Shown: positions 1 through 9,745, counted from the stretch's first letter. The stretch is 48,339 nucleotides of DNA from Longimicrobiales bacterium (GCA_039912685.1 JBDSPG010000145.1:1-48339); one strand, 5' to 3'. The notes: generated by a model not told the origin, from the sequence alone. Numbers and translations: made by a program.

Positions 1-173
1 GACATCTCGAGGGTGACCCGGTCGCCCACCAGTACACGGATCTTGAACTTCGACATCTTGCCTGCTGCGTACGCCAGTACGGTGTGACCATTCTCGAGTA
101 GAACGCGGAAATTGCGGTCCGGAAGTACATCCGTGACCACGCCCTCCATCTCGATTCCTTCCTGCTTCGCCAT
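1..173 (-). CDS. infA: Translation initiation factor IF-1 (3' end runs off the window)
   Basis: Not in the ORF track. Reverse strand from ATG 173 reads [57 protein letters not shown], a typical IF-1 sequence. Confidence 0.96.
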   Translation of the reverse strand, partial: MAKQEGIEMEGVVTDVLPDRNFRVLLENGHTVLAYAAGKMSKFKIRVLVGDRVTLEM

Positions 174-409
174 GAGCTCGCTTTGTCTGGGGCTGATTTT
201 TGGGGCTTTGTAACTGTCAAAGATAATGGGGGGGGCTCGTGGTGGCTACGGCGCTCGCAGGGAGGGGGTTAGCGCTAGCCCTCAGGGCTGGGGTTGGAGG
301 CATGGAGGGGTGCGGACACTGTGCGGCCGCCACCCTGTCGATCACCACTTATTGTGACGCAACACGGGCGCATTTGGTTGCATCGCGCGGAGACGATACT
401 TTGCCGCGG

Positions 410-1591
410 ATGAACACTTCTGCGTCCGTCTTCGATCCCGCGCCGCGTTTTCCTCGCGGCTTCTCCTGCGCGAGCAGACTGGTCGGCCTCAAGAAGGAAG
501 GTCGTGACCTGTCATTGTTCGTATGCGACGTCACGGCTGCCGCGGCGGCCGTATTCACGCGCAACCAGTTTCCCGGTGCACCGGTTGTGCTTGGTCGCGA
601 GACCATGCGAGGAGGCGTGTTGCGCGCGATCGTCGTCAACAGCAAAGTGTCGAACGTTGCAACCGGTGAGGCGGGTGTTGCGAATGCGCGGCGCATGGCT
701 GCTGCAGCCGCTGCGGAGGTCGGCTGCGCAGAGACGGAAGTCCTCGTCAGCTCGACTGGCGTGATCGGTGTGCCGCTGCCGATCGAAAAGATCGAAGCTG
801 GAATTGCTGGTATGACGAGCGAACTACAGACCGATCCATTCGTCGGCGCGCAGGGCATCATGACGACGGATACATACGCGAAGGCGCTGTCAATGTCCGT
901 CGGTGAGGCTACGCTGACCATCGTCGCCAAGGGTGCGGGCATGATCGAGCCGAACATGGCGACCATGCTCGTCTACATCTTCACGGATGCGCAGTTCGAG
1001 GCATCAGAGCTCGACACGATGCTGCGTGCAGCAGTGCATGTGTCGTTCAACATGCTCTCGGTCGACACCGACACCAGTACGTCAGATACTTGTGTGATCA
1101 TGGCGAACGGCATGGCGGGCGACGCCGAGCGTTCGGAGTTTGAGGCGGCACTGCGCGACGGCTGCATCCGCATGACAGAACTGCTGGCGCGTGATGGCGA
1201 GGGCGCAACGAAACTGCTGCGTTGCAGCGTTCACGGCGCCGGCACCGAGGCGGATGCGCGGCGCGTGGCCAAGTCGATCATCAACTCGCCGCTGGTCAAG
1301 ACCATGGCGCACGGCGCGGACCCGAATGTAGGCCGTTTGCTGATGGCGATCGGGAAGTGCTTTGATGTGCAGCTGAATCCAGGCGCGACGCGCTGCAGTA
1401 TCAATGGCGTTGTCGTTGTCGATCGCGGAGAGCGTGCGGACTTCGACGAGCCCGCGTTGAGGCTGGAATTGCGCGGCGATCCGATCGACATCGTGATCGA
1501 GCTGGGCGTCGGCGATGCTGGCGCGATCGCCTACGGCTGTGACCTGACAGCGGGATACATCGAGGAGAATGCGTCGTACTATTCGTCGTAG
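410..1591 (+). CDS. argJ: Glutamate N-acetyltransferase / ornithine acetyltransferase ArgJ
   Basis: Motifs VFTRN, STGVIG, IMTTDT, KGAGMIEPNMATML (autocleavage region), DTDTSTSD, DGEGATK, GCDLT..YIEENASY. ATG 410 preferred over the track start at 239. Confidence 0.95.
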   Translation: MNTSASVFDPAPRFPRGFSCASRLVGLKKEGRDLSLFVCDVTAAAAAVFTRNQFPGAPVVLGRETMRGGVLRAIVVNSKVSNVATGEAGVANARRMAAAAAAEVGCAETEVLVSSTGVIGVPLPIEKIEAGIAGMTSELQTDPFVGAQGIMTTDTYAKALSMSVGEATLTIVAKGAGMIEPNMATMLVYIFTDAQFEASELDTMLRAAVHVSFNMLSVDTDTSTSDTCVIMANGMAGDAERSEFEAALRDGCIRMTELLARDGEGATKLLRCSVHGAGTEADARRVAKSIINSPLVKTMAHGADPNVGRLLMAIGKCFDVQLNPGATRCSINGVVVVDRGERADFDEPALRLELRGDPIDIVIELGVGDAGAIAYGCDLTAGYIEENASYYSS

Positions 1592-1820
1592 CGCGTCGCG
1601 TTACTCCTTGCCTCGAATTGAAGCAAACCCGCCAAGACAAGGCCTCTGTAAGGAAATCCGCCACAAGCGTGTAATCCAACCGCTTCCAAAGTAAAGCAAG
1701 CCGCCGACAGTGCGCCGACGCGGGCGCAAATAACATATGTACATGCGTAAATCTTCTAAACACGGATTACGACTACTGCCGGTGTGCGCACGCTTTCGCA
1801 ACGACAACAGGAGACTGGTC

Positions 1821-2894
1821 ATGACAGCCAAAACAAAACGCTCCGTGTGGATTACCCTGCTGGCGTCCGCCGCTGCGCTGGGAACCATTGCAGCCTTCAG
1901 GGCCAGGCCGAGCAACAGCGATGACGCGAACCCGGTCCGCGAGCTGGCAGCGATCCGCGGTGAGGAAACGGCGATTCTAACGTCGGCCCCGGCAGTACCA
2001 GCGCCCATCACGCGGGATTATGCAACGAAAGTCGTCGTAAATATCGACGTGGTCGAGAAGACCATGCAACTCGCAGACGGCGTCCAATACAACTACTGGA
2101 CATTTGGTGGCAGCGTTCCGGGGCAGTTTATCCGCGTGCGGGAGGGCGACCTGGTGGAACTGCACCTCAAGAACGACGGCAGCTCGATGATGCCTCATAA
2201 CATCGACCTGCACGCAGTCACAGGGCCAGGTGGTGGTGCCAAGGTGACCCTGACAATGCCCGGGAAGGAGACCGTTTTCACATTCCGCGCTCTGAACCCG
2301 GGTCTCTTCGTTTATCACTGCGCTACGGCGCCCGTACCGGTACACATGGCGAACGGCATGTACGGGATGATTCTGGTACAGCCGAAGGAAGCGCTACCGG
2401 CGGTCGACCATGAGTACTACGTGATGCAGAGTGAGTTCTATACAACGGGCGCGCACGGCGAAAAGGGCATGCAGCAGTTCGACATGCAGAAAGGCATCAA
2501 CGAGAGGCCGGAATACGTGGTATTCAACGGCGCCGAGGGTGCGCTCCTTGGAGACCGTGCGTTAAAGGCGAACGCGGGCGAGACTGTGCGTCTATACGTA
2601 GGAAATGCGGGGCCGAATCTGTTGTCATCCTTCCACGTCATCGGCGAGGTGTTTGACAATGTATACCAGGAGGCAGGTACCGTCCCGACGCAGCACAACG
2701 TTCAGACCACACTGATCCCGGCCGGCGGCGCTGCCATTGTGGACTTCCGAACCGAGGTGCCCGGGGATTACGTCCTCGTCGATCACTCCATTTTCCGCGC
2801 ATTCACGAAGGGCGCAATCGGTATGCTGCGCGTCGACGGCAAGCCGAACGTGGCCGTGTACAACCAGATCAGCAAAGCAGTGGGCGGCGATTGA
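1821..2894 (+). CDS. nirK: Copper-containing nitrite reductase (AniA-like), N-terminal signal/anchor
   Basis: [41 protein letters not shown] and LVDHS carry the type 1/type 2 Cu ligands. SD-like AGGAGA precedes ATG 1821. Confidence 0.95.
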   Translation: MTAKTKRSVWITLLASAAALGTIAAFRARPSNSDDANPVRELAAIRGEETAILTSAPAVPAPITRDYATKVVVNIDVVEKTMQLADGVQYNYWTFGGSVPGQFIRVREGDLVELHLKNDGSSMMPHNIDLHAVTGPGGGAKVTLTMPGKETVFTFRALNPGLFVYHCATAPVPVHMANGMYGMILVQPKEALPAVDHEYYVMQSEFYTTGAHGEKGMQQFDMQKGINERPEYVVFNGAEGALLGDRALKANAGETVRLYVGNAGPNLLSSFHVIGEVFDNVYQEAGTVPTQHNVQTTLIPAGGAAIVDFRTEVPGDYVLVDHSIFRAFTKGAIGMLRVDGKPNVAVYNQISKAVGGD

Positions 2895-2925
2895 ACACGC
2901 AATGAGAAGCACCACAGGAGCCCCG

Positions 2926-3063
2926 ATGACACGGAACGGTTATACCCTGACCCTGGCGCTCATACTTGCAACGTGCGGTGCCGGCAGGACGCCGAGAGGC
3001 TCCGTGGTGCGAGTACCGGCCGGCACTTATCTACCGCTGTTTGCAAAAAGCGACGCGTCCTGA
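2926..3063 (+). pseudogene. Truncated N-terminal remnant of a NirV-like / FGE-sulfatase family protein (45 aa)
   Basis: AGGAG SD at 2916-2920, signal-like N-terminus, then VVRVPAGTYLPLF, which resembles the first motif of FGE-family domains. Stop follows after six more residues. Lies directly after nirK. Confidence 0.55.
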
Positions 3064-3093
3064 GGCTGAACACCGCGAGAATCGGCTCGGCCA

Positions 3094-3855
3094 TCAGCAG
3101 CAGCTGAAGATCCGCACGAACCGCCGTTTCACCTGACTCCACGCCACGGTATACGTCGCTTCGCCGCCTGCGTAATAAGTGAACGTAGGCATGGCCTTCA
3201 GCTCCGTCGCGAGGGAATCAATGCTCGCGTTGGACACCGGGACCTTTTCCATCTCCGCGAACATCGGACCAGTCAGCTGCTGCGCTGCATTCAGTCCGTA
3301 CTTTCCACGCACTGCAGCTTCCTTCAGATCGTACCGAATCGCGTCTCGGTCGATACCGCCGGGAAGAGCTTTCTGCATGCGAGCCGGTGGTCCGCCAGTG
3401 GAGAACGCACTGTCGGACAGGAGGTGACGCAAGTTCGCGATGATCTTCGCATCGGCGGCGGAGTCGGACATCGTAGAGCGATACTCGTAGATGAAATACA
3501 GCTGTGTGCTGAAACGATGGTGGAAGAGCGTGTCGGCATTCCCGCCCAGGATCACCAGGTCGATCCGGGCGGAATCCGTGCGCGGACCGGCCGCGTGCAC
3601 GACGACCGTTTCGGGTTGTCCGTCGCCCGTAAGATCGACTGCCTTGCGTGCATCATAGACGCGAAAGGCACCGACCTTGGAGAAGCTGTCCGGAACCACC
3701 GTGATTGGCACGCCGGCAGCCTGGCCCGGCGAATCAGCGGGCGCGGTGGTCAGGATCTCCGTAGTCGTCTGCGTGTCCTCGCCAGTATCGACTGCGCAGC
3801 CTGCGACTATGATGGTGGTGGCAACTGCAATGAATTTTGATGCGACGGTATTCAT
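3094..3855 (-). CDS. Hypothetical lipoprotein
   Basis: Lipobox IVAGC; 253 aa; ends RIFSCC. Confidence 0.75.
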   Translation of the reverse strand: MNTVASKFIAVATTIIVAGCAVDTGEDTQTTTEILTTAPADSPGQAAGVPITVVPDSFSKVGAFRVYDARKAVDLTGDGQPETVVVHAAGPRTDSARIDLVILGGNADTLFHHRFSTQLYFIYEYRSTMSDSAADAKIIANLRHLLSDSAFSTGGPPARMQKALPGGIDRDAIRYDLKEAAVRGKYGLNAAQQLTGPMFAEMEKVPVSNASIDSLATELKAMPTFTYYAGGEATYTVAWSQVKRRFVRIFSCC

Positions 3856-4101
3856 GCGCGTCCCAGTTCCTTGTTCTTCGATTTTCGGCCAGTCCTCGGC
3901 AAGTCAGGCGGGCGCGATCGGCAAGTAGCTTGCCGCCTGTACATGGCTCCGCCCGATCGGCTCCCCTAAGGGCTCCCGGATCGTACACCACATTGCGTCC
4001 CACGGCCCTAAGGCACGGTACTTGAAGGAGATAGCCCGACCTGGCCGCGCGAAACCGCATCCCCCGCGCAGCCAGAATCCTGCATTTTGGAGGTATTTGG
4101 A

Positions 4102-4746
4102 ATGAAATCAATTCAATCAATGGTAGCGGTCACCCTGTTCGCGGCAGTCGCGGCGGGTTGCGGTGATACCAGTGGCCCGGGCACGGGCGATGTGCGCGTC
4201 TATATGAACAAGGCGTCGGTTACCAGTGCGCAGACTTCGGGTTACAGCATGGCGGCACTGATGCTCGGAACGATTCCGATCACAGCGGTGGATTCGATCA
4301 ACGTCGTACTGACATCCATCGAGGCCGTGAATGTGAGCGACTCGTCGGGCGGTGTGTCGATCTCGCTACAAGGTGCGGGCACCACATCACTGAATCTCAT
4401 GAGGCTCGCGCTTTCCGATTCAACACTGCTTGCTCGCGGTACTCTGCCGGCCGGAACCTACAACAACATCCGTCTGCGTTTCAGCAGTGCATCGATCCGT
4501 CTCAACCAGCAGGTTACAGTGGGGCAAGCGGTGTATCCGGCGGGCACGTATGACCTGACCGTTCCGAGCGGACTGAGCTCGGGGATCAAGGTGCAGGGCG
4601 CGTCCTTCACGATCGCGAATGACGCATCCACTTCGGTCACTTTGACGTTCGACCCCACGACAACGGTTGGAACAATTGTAGCGACGGGCTCGAACAAATT
4701 GATGATGAGCCCTGTCCTTCACGTCAGGACCCACGTCGGCGACTGA
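4102..4746 (+). CDS. DUF4382-like lipoprotein
   Basis: GGAGG SD, lipobox AAGC, LPAGTYNNIRL, LTVPSG..SGIK, VTLTFD and MSPV patterns typical of DUF4382. Confidence 0.8.
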   Translation: MKSIQSMVAVTLFAAVAAGCGDTSGPGTGDVRVYMNKASVTSAQTSGYSMAALMLGTIPITAVDSINVVLTSIEAVNVSDSSGGVSISLQGAGTTSLNLMRLALSDSTLLARGTLPAGTYNNIRLRFSSASIRLNQQVTVGQAVYPAGTYDLTVPSGLSSGIKVQGASFTIANDASTSVTLTFDPTTTVGTIVATGSNKLMMSPVLHVRTHVGD

Positions 4747-4773
4747 GAATTTTCCGAATCCGACGGCGGACTG

Positions 4774-4812
4774 GCGGGGACGACCACAGTGGTCGTCCCC
4801 GCTTCTTTTTTT
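4774..4812 (+). terminator. Intrinsic terminator
   Basis: GCGGGGACGACCAC...GTGGTCGTCCCCGC inverted repeat followed by TTCTTTTTTT. Confidence 0.9.
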
Positions 4813-4827
4813 CGGCTTGTTTCGAGG

Positions 4828-4856
4828 TTGTTAAGGGGCCCGGAAACGGTTAGACT
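4828..4856 (+). promoter_or_regulatory. Sigma70-type promoter of the DEAD-box helicase
   Basis: TTGTTA (4828-4833), 17-bp spacer, TAGACT (4851-4856), just after a terminator. Confidence 0.55.
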
Positions 4857-4861
4857 GTAGG

Positions 4862-5009
4862 CTGTCAGAGGTTGGCGGCCCGAAGAGGCGTGGCCGACCT
4901 CGTTGATTATTCGCCGGTCGAGAGATCGGCGGCACCGGCCGGGAGCCGGTGCAAACGCCCGCGGTGGTCGCGGGCACGCTGGCGGGGGAGGTCCCCGCTT
5001 CTCGACAAG
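4862..5009 (+). ncRNA. Candidate structured cis-regulatory 5' leader (five tandem hairpins)
   Basis: Stems at 4868-4901, 4912-4931 (GAGA tetraloop), 4932-4952, 4957-4975 and 4981-4999, between the predicted promoter and the SD. Confidence 0.5.
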
Positions 5010-5012
5010 TGA

Positions 5013-6272
5013 ATGGAGTCAGTTGTGACGTTCGAAGAACTCGTCTCCGCGGAGCCGCTACGGCGCGCCATCGCGGAACAGGGGTGGGCAACGCCCACGC
5101 CAATCCAAATGAAAGCAATACCGGCAGCACGTGACGGCAAGGATGTCGTCGGCATCGCGCAGACCGGTACGGGCAAGACGGGCGCATTCCTGCTGCCGTC
5201 TCTCGAGAAGCAACTCGATCTCGACGGTCTGCATACGCTCGTACTCTGTCCGACACGCGAGCTCGCAGAGCAGGTGGCTGAAGATGCGCGCGCGATCCTG
5301 AAGCACACGGAGCTGTGGGTGGGCCTGGTTGTGGGCGGCATGCCGATGCGCCCGCAAATTCGTGATCTCAAGGCGGGCTTCGATGTACTCGTTGCAACGC
5401 CGGGCCGTCTTCTCGATCACATCGAGCGCGGCAATGTGAAGCTAAACCAGGTGAAGACACTGATCCTGGATGAAGCGGACCGTATGCTCGACATGGGGTT
5501 CCGTCCGCAGATCGACGCGATCCTGGCGCAGATCCCCGCGAAGCGTCAGAACATGCTGTTCAGTGCGACCATGCCGAACGGCGTGCACGCAATGGCGCTG
5601 CGCATCATGAATGATCCGCTATGGGTGGAAGCTGCACCGCAGTCAACCGTCGCGGACCGTGTGGATCAGAAGGTCTATTCAGTTCGCTCCGAGAAGAAGC
5701 CGGGCCTGCTGATCGAGCTGCTGCAGGCGACGAACTGGGAGCAGGTGCTCGTGTTCTGTGCGACGAAGGTCGGCGCAGACGGCCTGATCTCACGACTCGA
5801 GAAGGCGAAGATCAGCTGTGCGGTGATGCACGGCGACAAGGACATGAAGCAGCGTCGGGGCGCACTGGCGGATTTCGCTGCGGGCAAGGTACGTGTGCTG
5901 GTTGCGACAGATGTCGCACAGCGCGGACTGGACATCGACGGCATCTCGCACGTCGTCAATTACGATGTACCGCGTCAGCCCGAAGACTACGTGCACCGCA
6001 TCGGCCGTACGGCACGCGCAGGCGCATCGGGCACGGCGGTCACGTTCATGGGCGCGGGCGAGCTTGCACTCGTGAAAGACATCGAGCGTGTTCTAGGCCA
6101 GCGCCTCGAGCGGCTGTCCATTCCGGAATACGATTTCGAAGGTTCGATTTCTGCGGCGCCAGCGCCGGAGAAGATTGCACCCGCCACGAAGCGCAGTGGT
6201 GGCCGCATGGGTTCGCGTTCCGCTGCCTCGCTCACGCCGGAACAGCTCCGGGAGTTGCTTAAGGTCGGGTAG
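5013..6272 (+). CDS. DEAD-box ATP-dependent RNA helicase (RhlE-like)
   Basis: Q motif TPIQ, AQTGTGKT, PTRELA, TPGRL, DEAD, SAT, HGD, RGLDI, YVHRIGRTARAG. GTG 5025 (GGAG at 5015-5018) may be the true start. Confidence 0.96.
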   Translation: MESVVTFEELVSAEPLRRAIAEQGWATPTPIQMKAIPAARDGKDVVGIAQTGTGKTGAFLLPSLEKQLDLDGLHTLVLCPTRELAEQVAEDARAILKHTELWVGLVVGGMPMRPQIRDLKAGFDVLVATPGRLLDHIERGNVKLNQVKTLILDEADRMLDMGFRPQIDAILAQIPAKRQNMLFSATMPNGVHAMALRIMNDPLWVEAAPQSTVADRVDQKVYSVRSEKKPGLLIELLQATNWEQVLVFCATKVGADGLISRLEKAKISCAVMHGDKDMKQRRGALADFAAGKVRVLVATDVAQRGLDIDGISHVVNYDVPRQPEDYVHRIGRTARAGASGTAVTFMGAGELALVKDIERVLGQRLERLSIPEYDFEGSISAAPAPEKIAPATKRSGGRMGSRSAASLTPEQLRELLKVG

Positions 6273-6298
6273 TTTCTTCGAGCACTCTATTGGAGTGT

Positions 6299-6342
6299 AA
6301 AAAAAGAGGCGACGGGCATTTCCTGCCCGTCGCCTCTCTGTT
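6299..6342. terminator. Intrinsic terminator between convergent genes, probably bidirectional
   Basis: AGAGGCGACGGGCA-tttcc-TGCCCGTCGCCTCT with an A-run on the left (U-tract on the - strand). Confidence 0.85.
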
Positions 6343-6359
6343 ATTCGGAAGCGTACAGG

Positions 6360-6983
6360 TTACGGATGAGGACCGCGCGCCGGGCCCATGGCGTGGGCGC
6401 CTTCGACGATCGCCATCGCACCGAGTAGTGCTGCAGCGTTGTTGCCGGCGGCAGCGGCTGCCTTTGCATCGGCGAGCTTCTGCGTCATGGCGGCTGCGAG
6501 TGCCTGGATCCGTGCGACATCGTGTCCGGCAGCGGCCGCGCGGGTTGCCATCTCGTTGATCGCGGCAACGCGGTTCGTAGCCAGCTCGAGAGAGCGGGTC
6601 ACGGGTTCGGTTCCGAGCGTGTTCACCACGAGGGTGGCCTCGGCGAGGCGGAGCGCGTTCATCGCGGCGCGGGCGGCCGTGCTGTCATGTGCCGTACGGG
6701 CGGCATGTGCTGCCTCGATCAGCGGCTTGAGCTGTGCGGCCGCGGCGCGGGCCGCTTCCTCACCGCTGTCGTGGCGGATCTTGCCGAGTGCGGCGTGGAC
6801 GAGTCGGCCGAGGACGGCCGGCTGCGGGCCGCCGTCCTGGAACACCATCCCTCCGCCGGCGATCGCCGTCTGGATCGCGAAGCTCGTGCTTTCGGTCGGG
6901 GTGGTGTTCGTCGTTGGCGACTGTTCGCATGCCACGAGCAGTCCGAGGACGGCGACGGCGGCCAGTGATTTCCGGAAATCCAT
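6360..6983 (-). CDS. Hypothetical Ala-rich helical lipoprotein
   Basis: AGGAG SD, lipobox LVAC, followed by a terminator. Confidence 0.75.
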   Translation of the reverse strand: MDFRKSLAAVAVLGLLVACEQSPTTNTTPTESTSFAIQTAIAGGGMVFQDGGPQPAVLGRLVHAALGKIRHDSGEEAARAAAAQLKPLIEAAHAARTAHDSTAARAAMNALRLAEATLVVNTLGTEPVTRSLELATNRVAAINEMATRAAAAGHDVARIQALAAAMTQKLADAKAAAAAGNNAAALLGAMAIVEGAHAMGPARGPHP

Positions 6984-7024
6984 TTTGAAACTCCTACAGC
7001 AGGTCCGTGAGTCGTTATGCGGAT

Positions 7025-7053
7025 TGGACGCGAGGCGCGGTCGAGACGTTAAA
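7025..7053 (-). promoter_or_regulatory. Candidate ECF sigma promoter
   Basis: On the - strand: TTTAAC-N17-CGTCCA, about 40 nt upstream of the lipoprotein ATG; fits the AAC/CGT ECF pattern. Confidence 0.4.
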
Positions 7054-7103
7054 AGCCCTCGGCGGGCCCCAGGGTCGATCCAGGAGTCCGGCGCCGGACG
7101 CGC

Positions 7104-8813
7104 CTATGCGTCCGGCTTCGCAACGGGCTTCCTGTCACTGGTCCAAATGCTGTACAGGAGCGCCACGCCTCCGCCGACGGCGGCCAGGAAGAGGATCATG
7201 GCGACGCCCGGGTAGCCCAGGATGTTCCAGGTGCTGGGGACCCGGACCAGGAGCGCAGCGCCGAGGATAAGCGCGGCCAGGATCAGACCCATGGTGATGC
7301 GGTTCGCGATCTTCTGCATTCCGGCGATCAGCTCGGTCTCGTCGATGGCATCGACGTGCAGGGACAGCTCGTTGTCGGCCACGCGGTCGAGCACCTTGTT
7401 GAGACGCGCCGGCAGACGCTGCATGAAGTCATTCATCTCGAGCAGCGTCGAGAGCGCATTCATCGGCGAGGCCTGGTGCAGCATGCGCTTGCGCATGATG
7501 CTGACGGCGTTCTCGCGGATGGACTCGTTCACATCGAAGTGCGGTGCCAGTGTCTTCGCGACGCGGTCGATGTTGAGCATGGTCTTGCCGAGCATCGTGA
7601 GCTCAGGCGGAAGGCGGACGCCGTTCTCGCCGGAGATGCGCGTGAGCTCGAGAATGATGCGACCGATGTCGGTCTGCCCCACTGTTGCGTGCTGATGCGC
7701 TGCGATGAGCTGCGCGATTTCACGACCGTACGTGTCCTGATCGAATCCCGGTCGCAGCTCGCCCATCGACATCGAGATGTCCGCGGCCGCATCGCCTTTC
7801 CCCTCGGCAATCGCGAGCATCAGCTTGAGCAGATGTTCGCGCATCTTCGCGGACAGGTAGCCGACCATGCCGAGATCGATCAGTGCGATACGGTCGTCGT
7901 CTGTAAGAAAAACGTTCCCGGGATGCGGGTCCGCGTGGAACACGCCGTCCACGAGGATCTGCTTGAAGTATGCGGCAATGAGATCGCGGCCGAGCGCTTC
8001 ACCATCGAGCTCCGTGCGGCGCAGTGGCGACATGTTCGTCACCTTCACACCGGGCACGAACTCCATCGTGAGAACAACAGCCGTGCTGTAGTCCGTAATG
8101 GGCGCAGGAACAACGATGAGTGGGAACTCGCGCAGGTTCTCGCGGAACACGCGCAGGTTCGTGGCTTCCTGTGTGTAATCCAGCTCGCGCAGAACAGAGC
8201 GGCGGAACTGGTCGAGCATGAGCGCGAATGTAAACTGCCTGCCTTTTTCGGTATGCTCGTCGAGGAACGTGGCTACATCCCCGAGTGCCTCGAGATCGTC
8301 CAGCATCTTCTGCTGAATCCCCGGACGCTGGATCTTCACGGCAACGCGACGTCCATCGCGGAGTCGCGCGCGGTGCACCTGTCCGAGTGACGCGGCTGCA
8401 ATCGGCTCGACCTCGAAATCACTGAACAGCTTCGACATGCGCGCACCGAGCTCGCGCTCGATGATCTCCTCGACTTCAGCGTAGGGGAACGGCGGGAGAT
8501 CATCCTGCAGGTGCTCGAGCGCGTCCATGTAGATGGGCGGCAGGATGTCGGCGCGAGTGGAGAGCAGCTGTCCAAGCTTTATGTAGGTCGGACCGAGCCG
8601 CTCGAGATCCGCAGCCAGGTCTGACGCCTCTGCCTGTGCCTGCTGTTGCGCCGGTTTCGCCACGCCGTCGACCGGCTTATCGGGCTCCGCCGGTCCCGCG
8701 AGCGATTCTTCAAGGCCGGCCCGTTTCACGAGATCGGAGCGGCCGTACTTCATCAGGAGCTGCGCGAGCTCGCGATAGTGCCCGATATGCTTGGTCTTGA
8801 GCGAGAATCCCAT
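7104..8813 (-). CDS. AarF/ABC1/UbiB family atypical kinase with C-terminal TM helices
   Basis: LGPTYIKLGQLLSTRADILP, AAASLGQVH, VAVKIQRPG, FHADPHPGN, IDLGMVG. Start ATG 8813. Confidence 0.93.
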   Translation of the reverse strand: MGFSLKTKHIGHYRELAQLLMKYGRSDLVKRAGLEESLAGPAEPDKPVDGVAKPAQQQAQAEASDLAADLERLGPTYIKLGQLLSTRADILPPIYMDALEHLQDDLPPFPYAEVEEIIERELGARMSKLFSDFEVEPIAAASLGQVHRARLRDGRRVAVKIQRPGIQQKMLDDLEALGDVATFLDEHTEKGRQFTFALMLDQFRRSVLRELDYTQEATNLRVFRENLREFPLIVVPAPITDYSTAVVLTMEFVPGVKVTNMSPLRRTELDGEALGRDLIAAYFKQILVDGVFHADPHPGNVFLTDDDRIALIDLGMVGYLSAKMREHLLKLMLAIAEGKGDAAADISMSMGELRPGFDQDTYGREIAQLIAAHQHATVGQTDIGRIILELTRISGENGVRLPPELTMLGKTMLNIDRVAKTLAPHFDVNESIRENAVSIMRKRMLHQASPMNALSTLLEMNDFMQRLPARLNKVLDRVADNELSLHVDAIDETELIAGMQKIANRITMGLILAALILGAALLVRVPSTWNILGYPGVAMILFLAAVGGGVALLYSIWTSDRKPVAKPDA

Positions 8814-8848
8814 CCGTGCCTCGGTGTCGTGGTTCGGCGGCGCACAAT

Positions 8849-8864
8849 TGCAAACCCGGGGCCG
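8849..8864 (-). promoter_or_regulatory. Candidate sigma54 (-24/-12) promoter of the kinase gene
   Basis: On the - strand: CGGCCCCGGGTTTGCA = GG-N10-GC with TTGCA, about 35 nt upstream of the ATG. Confidence 0.4.
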
Positions 8865-9114
8865 CGGCCGCGGCTGCCTGTGTACGGTTCCGCACCGCGC
8901 AAGGAGTAGCCGTGGTGCGCAATTCGTGATCAACCGGAGGGACGCCGGAAACGCCAGCATGCCGTCGCATTAAACAAAAACCACACGGCCACAACGGTTT
9001 GTATGCGACGGGGGCCCCGCGAATGCAGCGGCTTCCGGGTTGCACTATGGATTCGCGGCCGCGCGGAGGACCGCGGGTACGGACCGGCAGAACCGACACG
9101 ACCCAGGTGTAAAC

Positions 9115-9726
9115 ATGACGTTCGATCGCACTTACTCGGACCCCGCCAGTGGCAGCGGTATCGACCTCGACATCGTCCTGCCGTCCATGCAGCGCCGTGC
9201 CGAGCAGGCCCTGCTGCCGGACGAACGGGCGAGAATCATCAACCTCGCCGGCGACCTCTGTTTCGATGCGGGTGCACGGGAGCGCGCGCTCGAATATTAC
9301 GACGTCGCGATCGACACGTACCTCTCGGTCGGTCTGTATGCAGCGGCTGTTGCGGTGTGTCAGAAGATCGTGCGTCTCACACCCGAAGTGATTCGTGCGC
9401 GGTGCACGCTCGCGTGGCTGGCGATTGCGCGCGGGATGTTGAACGAGGCGCGCGACCGGATCCACGAGTATGCGGATGCAGCGGCTAAGATGCAGGACTC
9501 GCGTCTCGCGTGGGGCCACCTGCGCATGATGGCGGAAGTGTGTGAGAGTCAGGAAGTATTGCAGAGCGTTGCGGACGCGCTGCTTCAGCTGGGGGATGTG
9601 CGTGGCGCGGACAGTGTGTATGGTGCGGCATTTGGCGGAGACTTGCCCGCCCGCAAGCTGCCGCAGGATCCACAGAGCCGATGGAGCGTGGTGCTGGAAC
9701 GCATCATGACCGCACATCCGAACTGA
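9115..9726 (+). CDS. Hypothetical TPR-like helical protein (paralog 1)
   Basis: All-helical pattern AGDLCFDAG..ERALEYYDVAID; similar to the next ORF. Confidence 0.75.
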   Translation: MTFDRTYSDPASGSGIDLDIVLPSMQRRAEQALLPDERARIINLAGDLCFDAGARERALEYYDVAIDTYLSVGLYAAAVAVCQKIVRLTPEVIRARCTLAWLAIARGMLNEARDRIHEYADAAAKMQDSRLAWGHLRMMAEVCESQEVLQSVADALLQLGDVRGADSVYGAAFGGDLPARKLPQDPQSRWSVVLERIMTAHPN

Positions 9727-9745
9727 CCTGCTGCCGGAACCCGGT

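Noticed and set aside
1-173. infA outside a ribosomal protein operon
   Set aside because: Stand-alone or second infA copies are common; the gene is also truncated by the window edge.
228-235. Poly-G tract between infA and argJ as a phase-variation site
   Set aside because: Short, intergenic and in GC-rich DNA; no evidence of length variation.
1730-1756. Possible NsrR/Rrf2 or FNR/DNR box upstream of nirK (AACATATGTACATGCGTAAATCTT)
   Set aside because: AT-rich and partly symmetric, but it fits neither the 11-1-11 NsrR spacing nor TTGAT-N4-ATCAA; too weak to call.
4011-4026. Sigma54-like AGGCACGGTACTTGAA upstream of the DUF4382 gene
   Set aside because: The -24 element is good but the -12 reads GA rather than GC; unsupported without TSS data.
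4862-5009. tRNA, SRP RNA or CRISPR interpretation of the hairpin series
   Set aside because: No T-loop/anticodon/CCA arrangement, no SRP domain IV motif, and the hairpins are not sequence repeats of each other.
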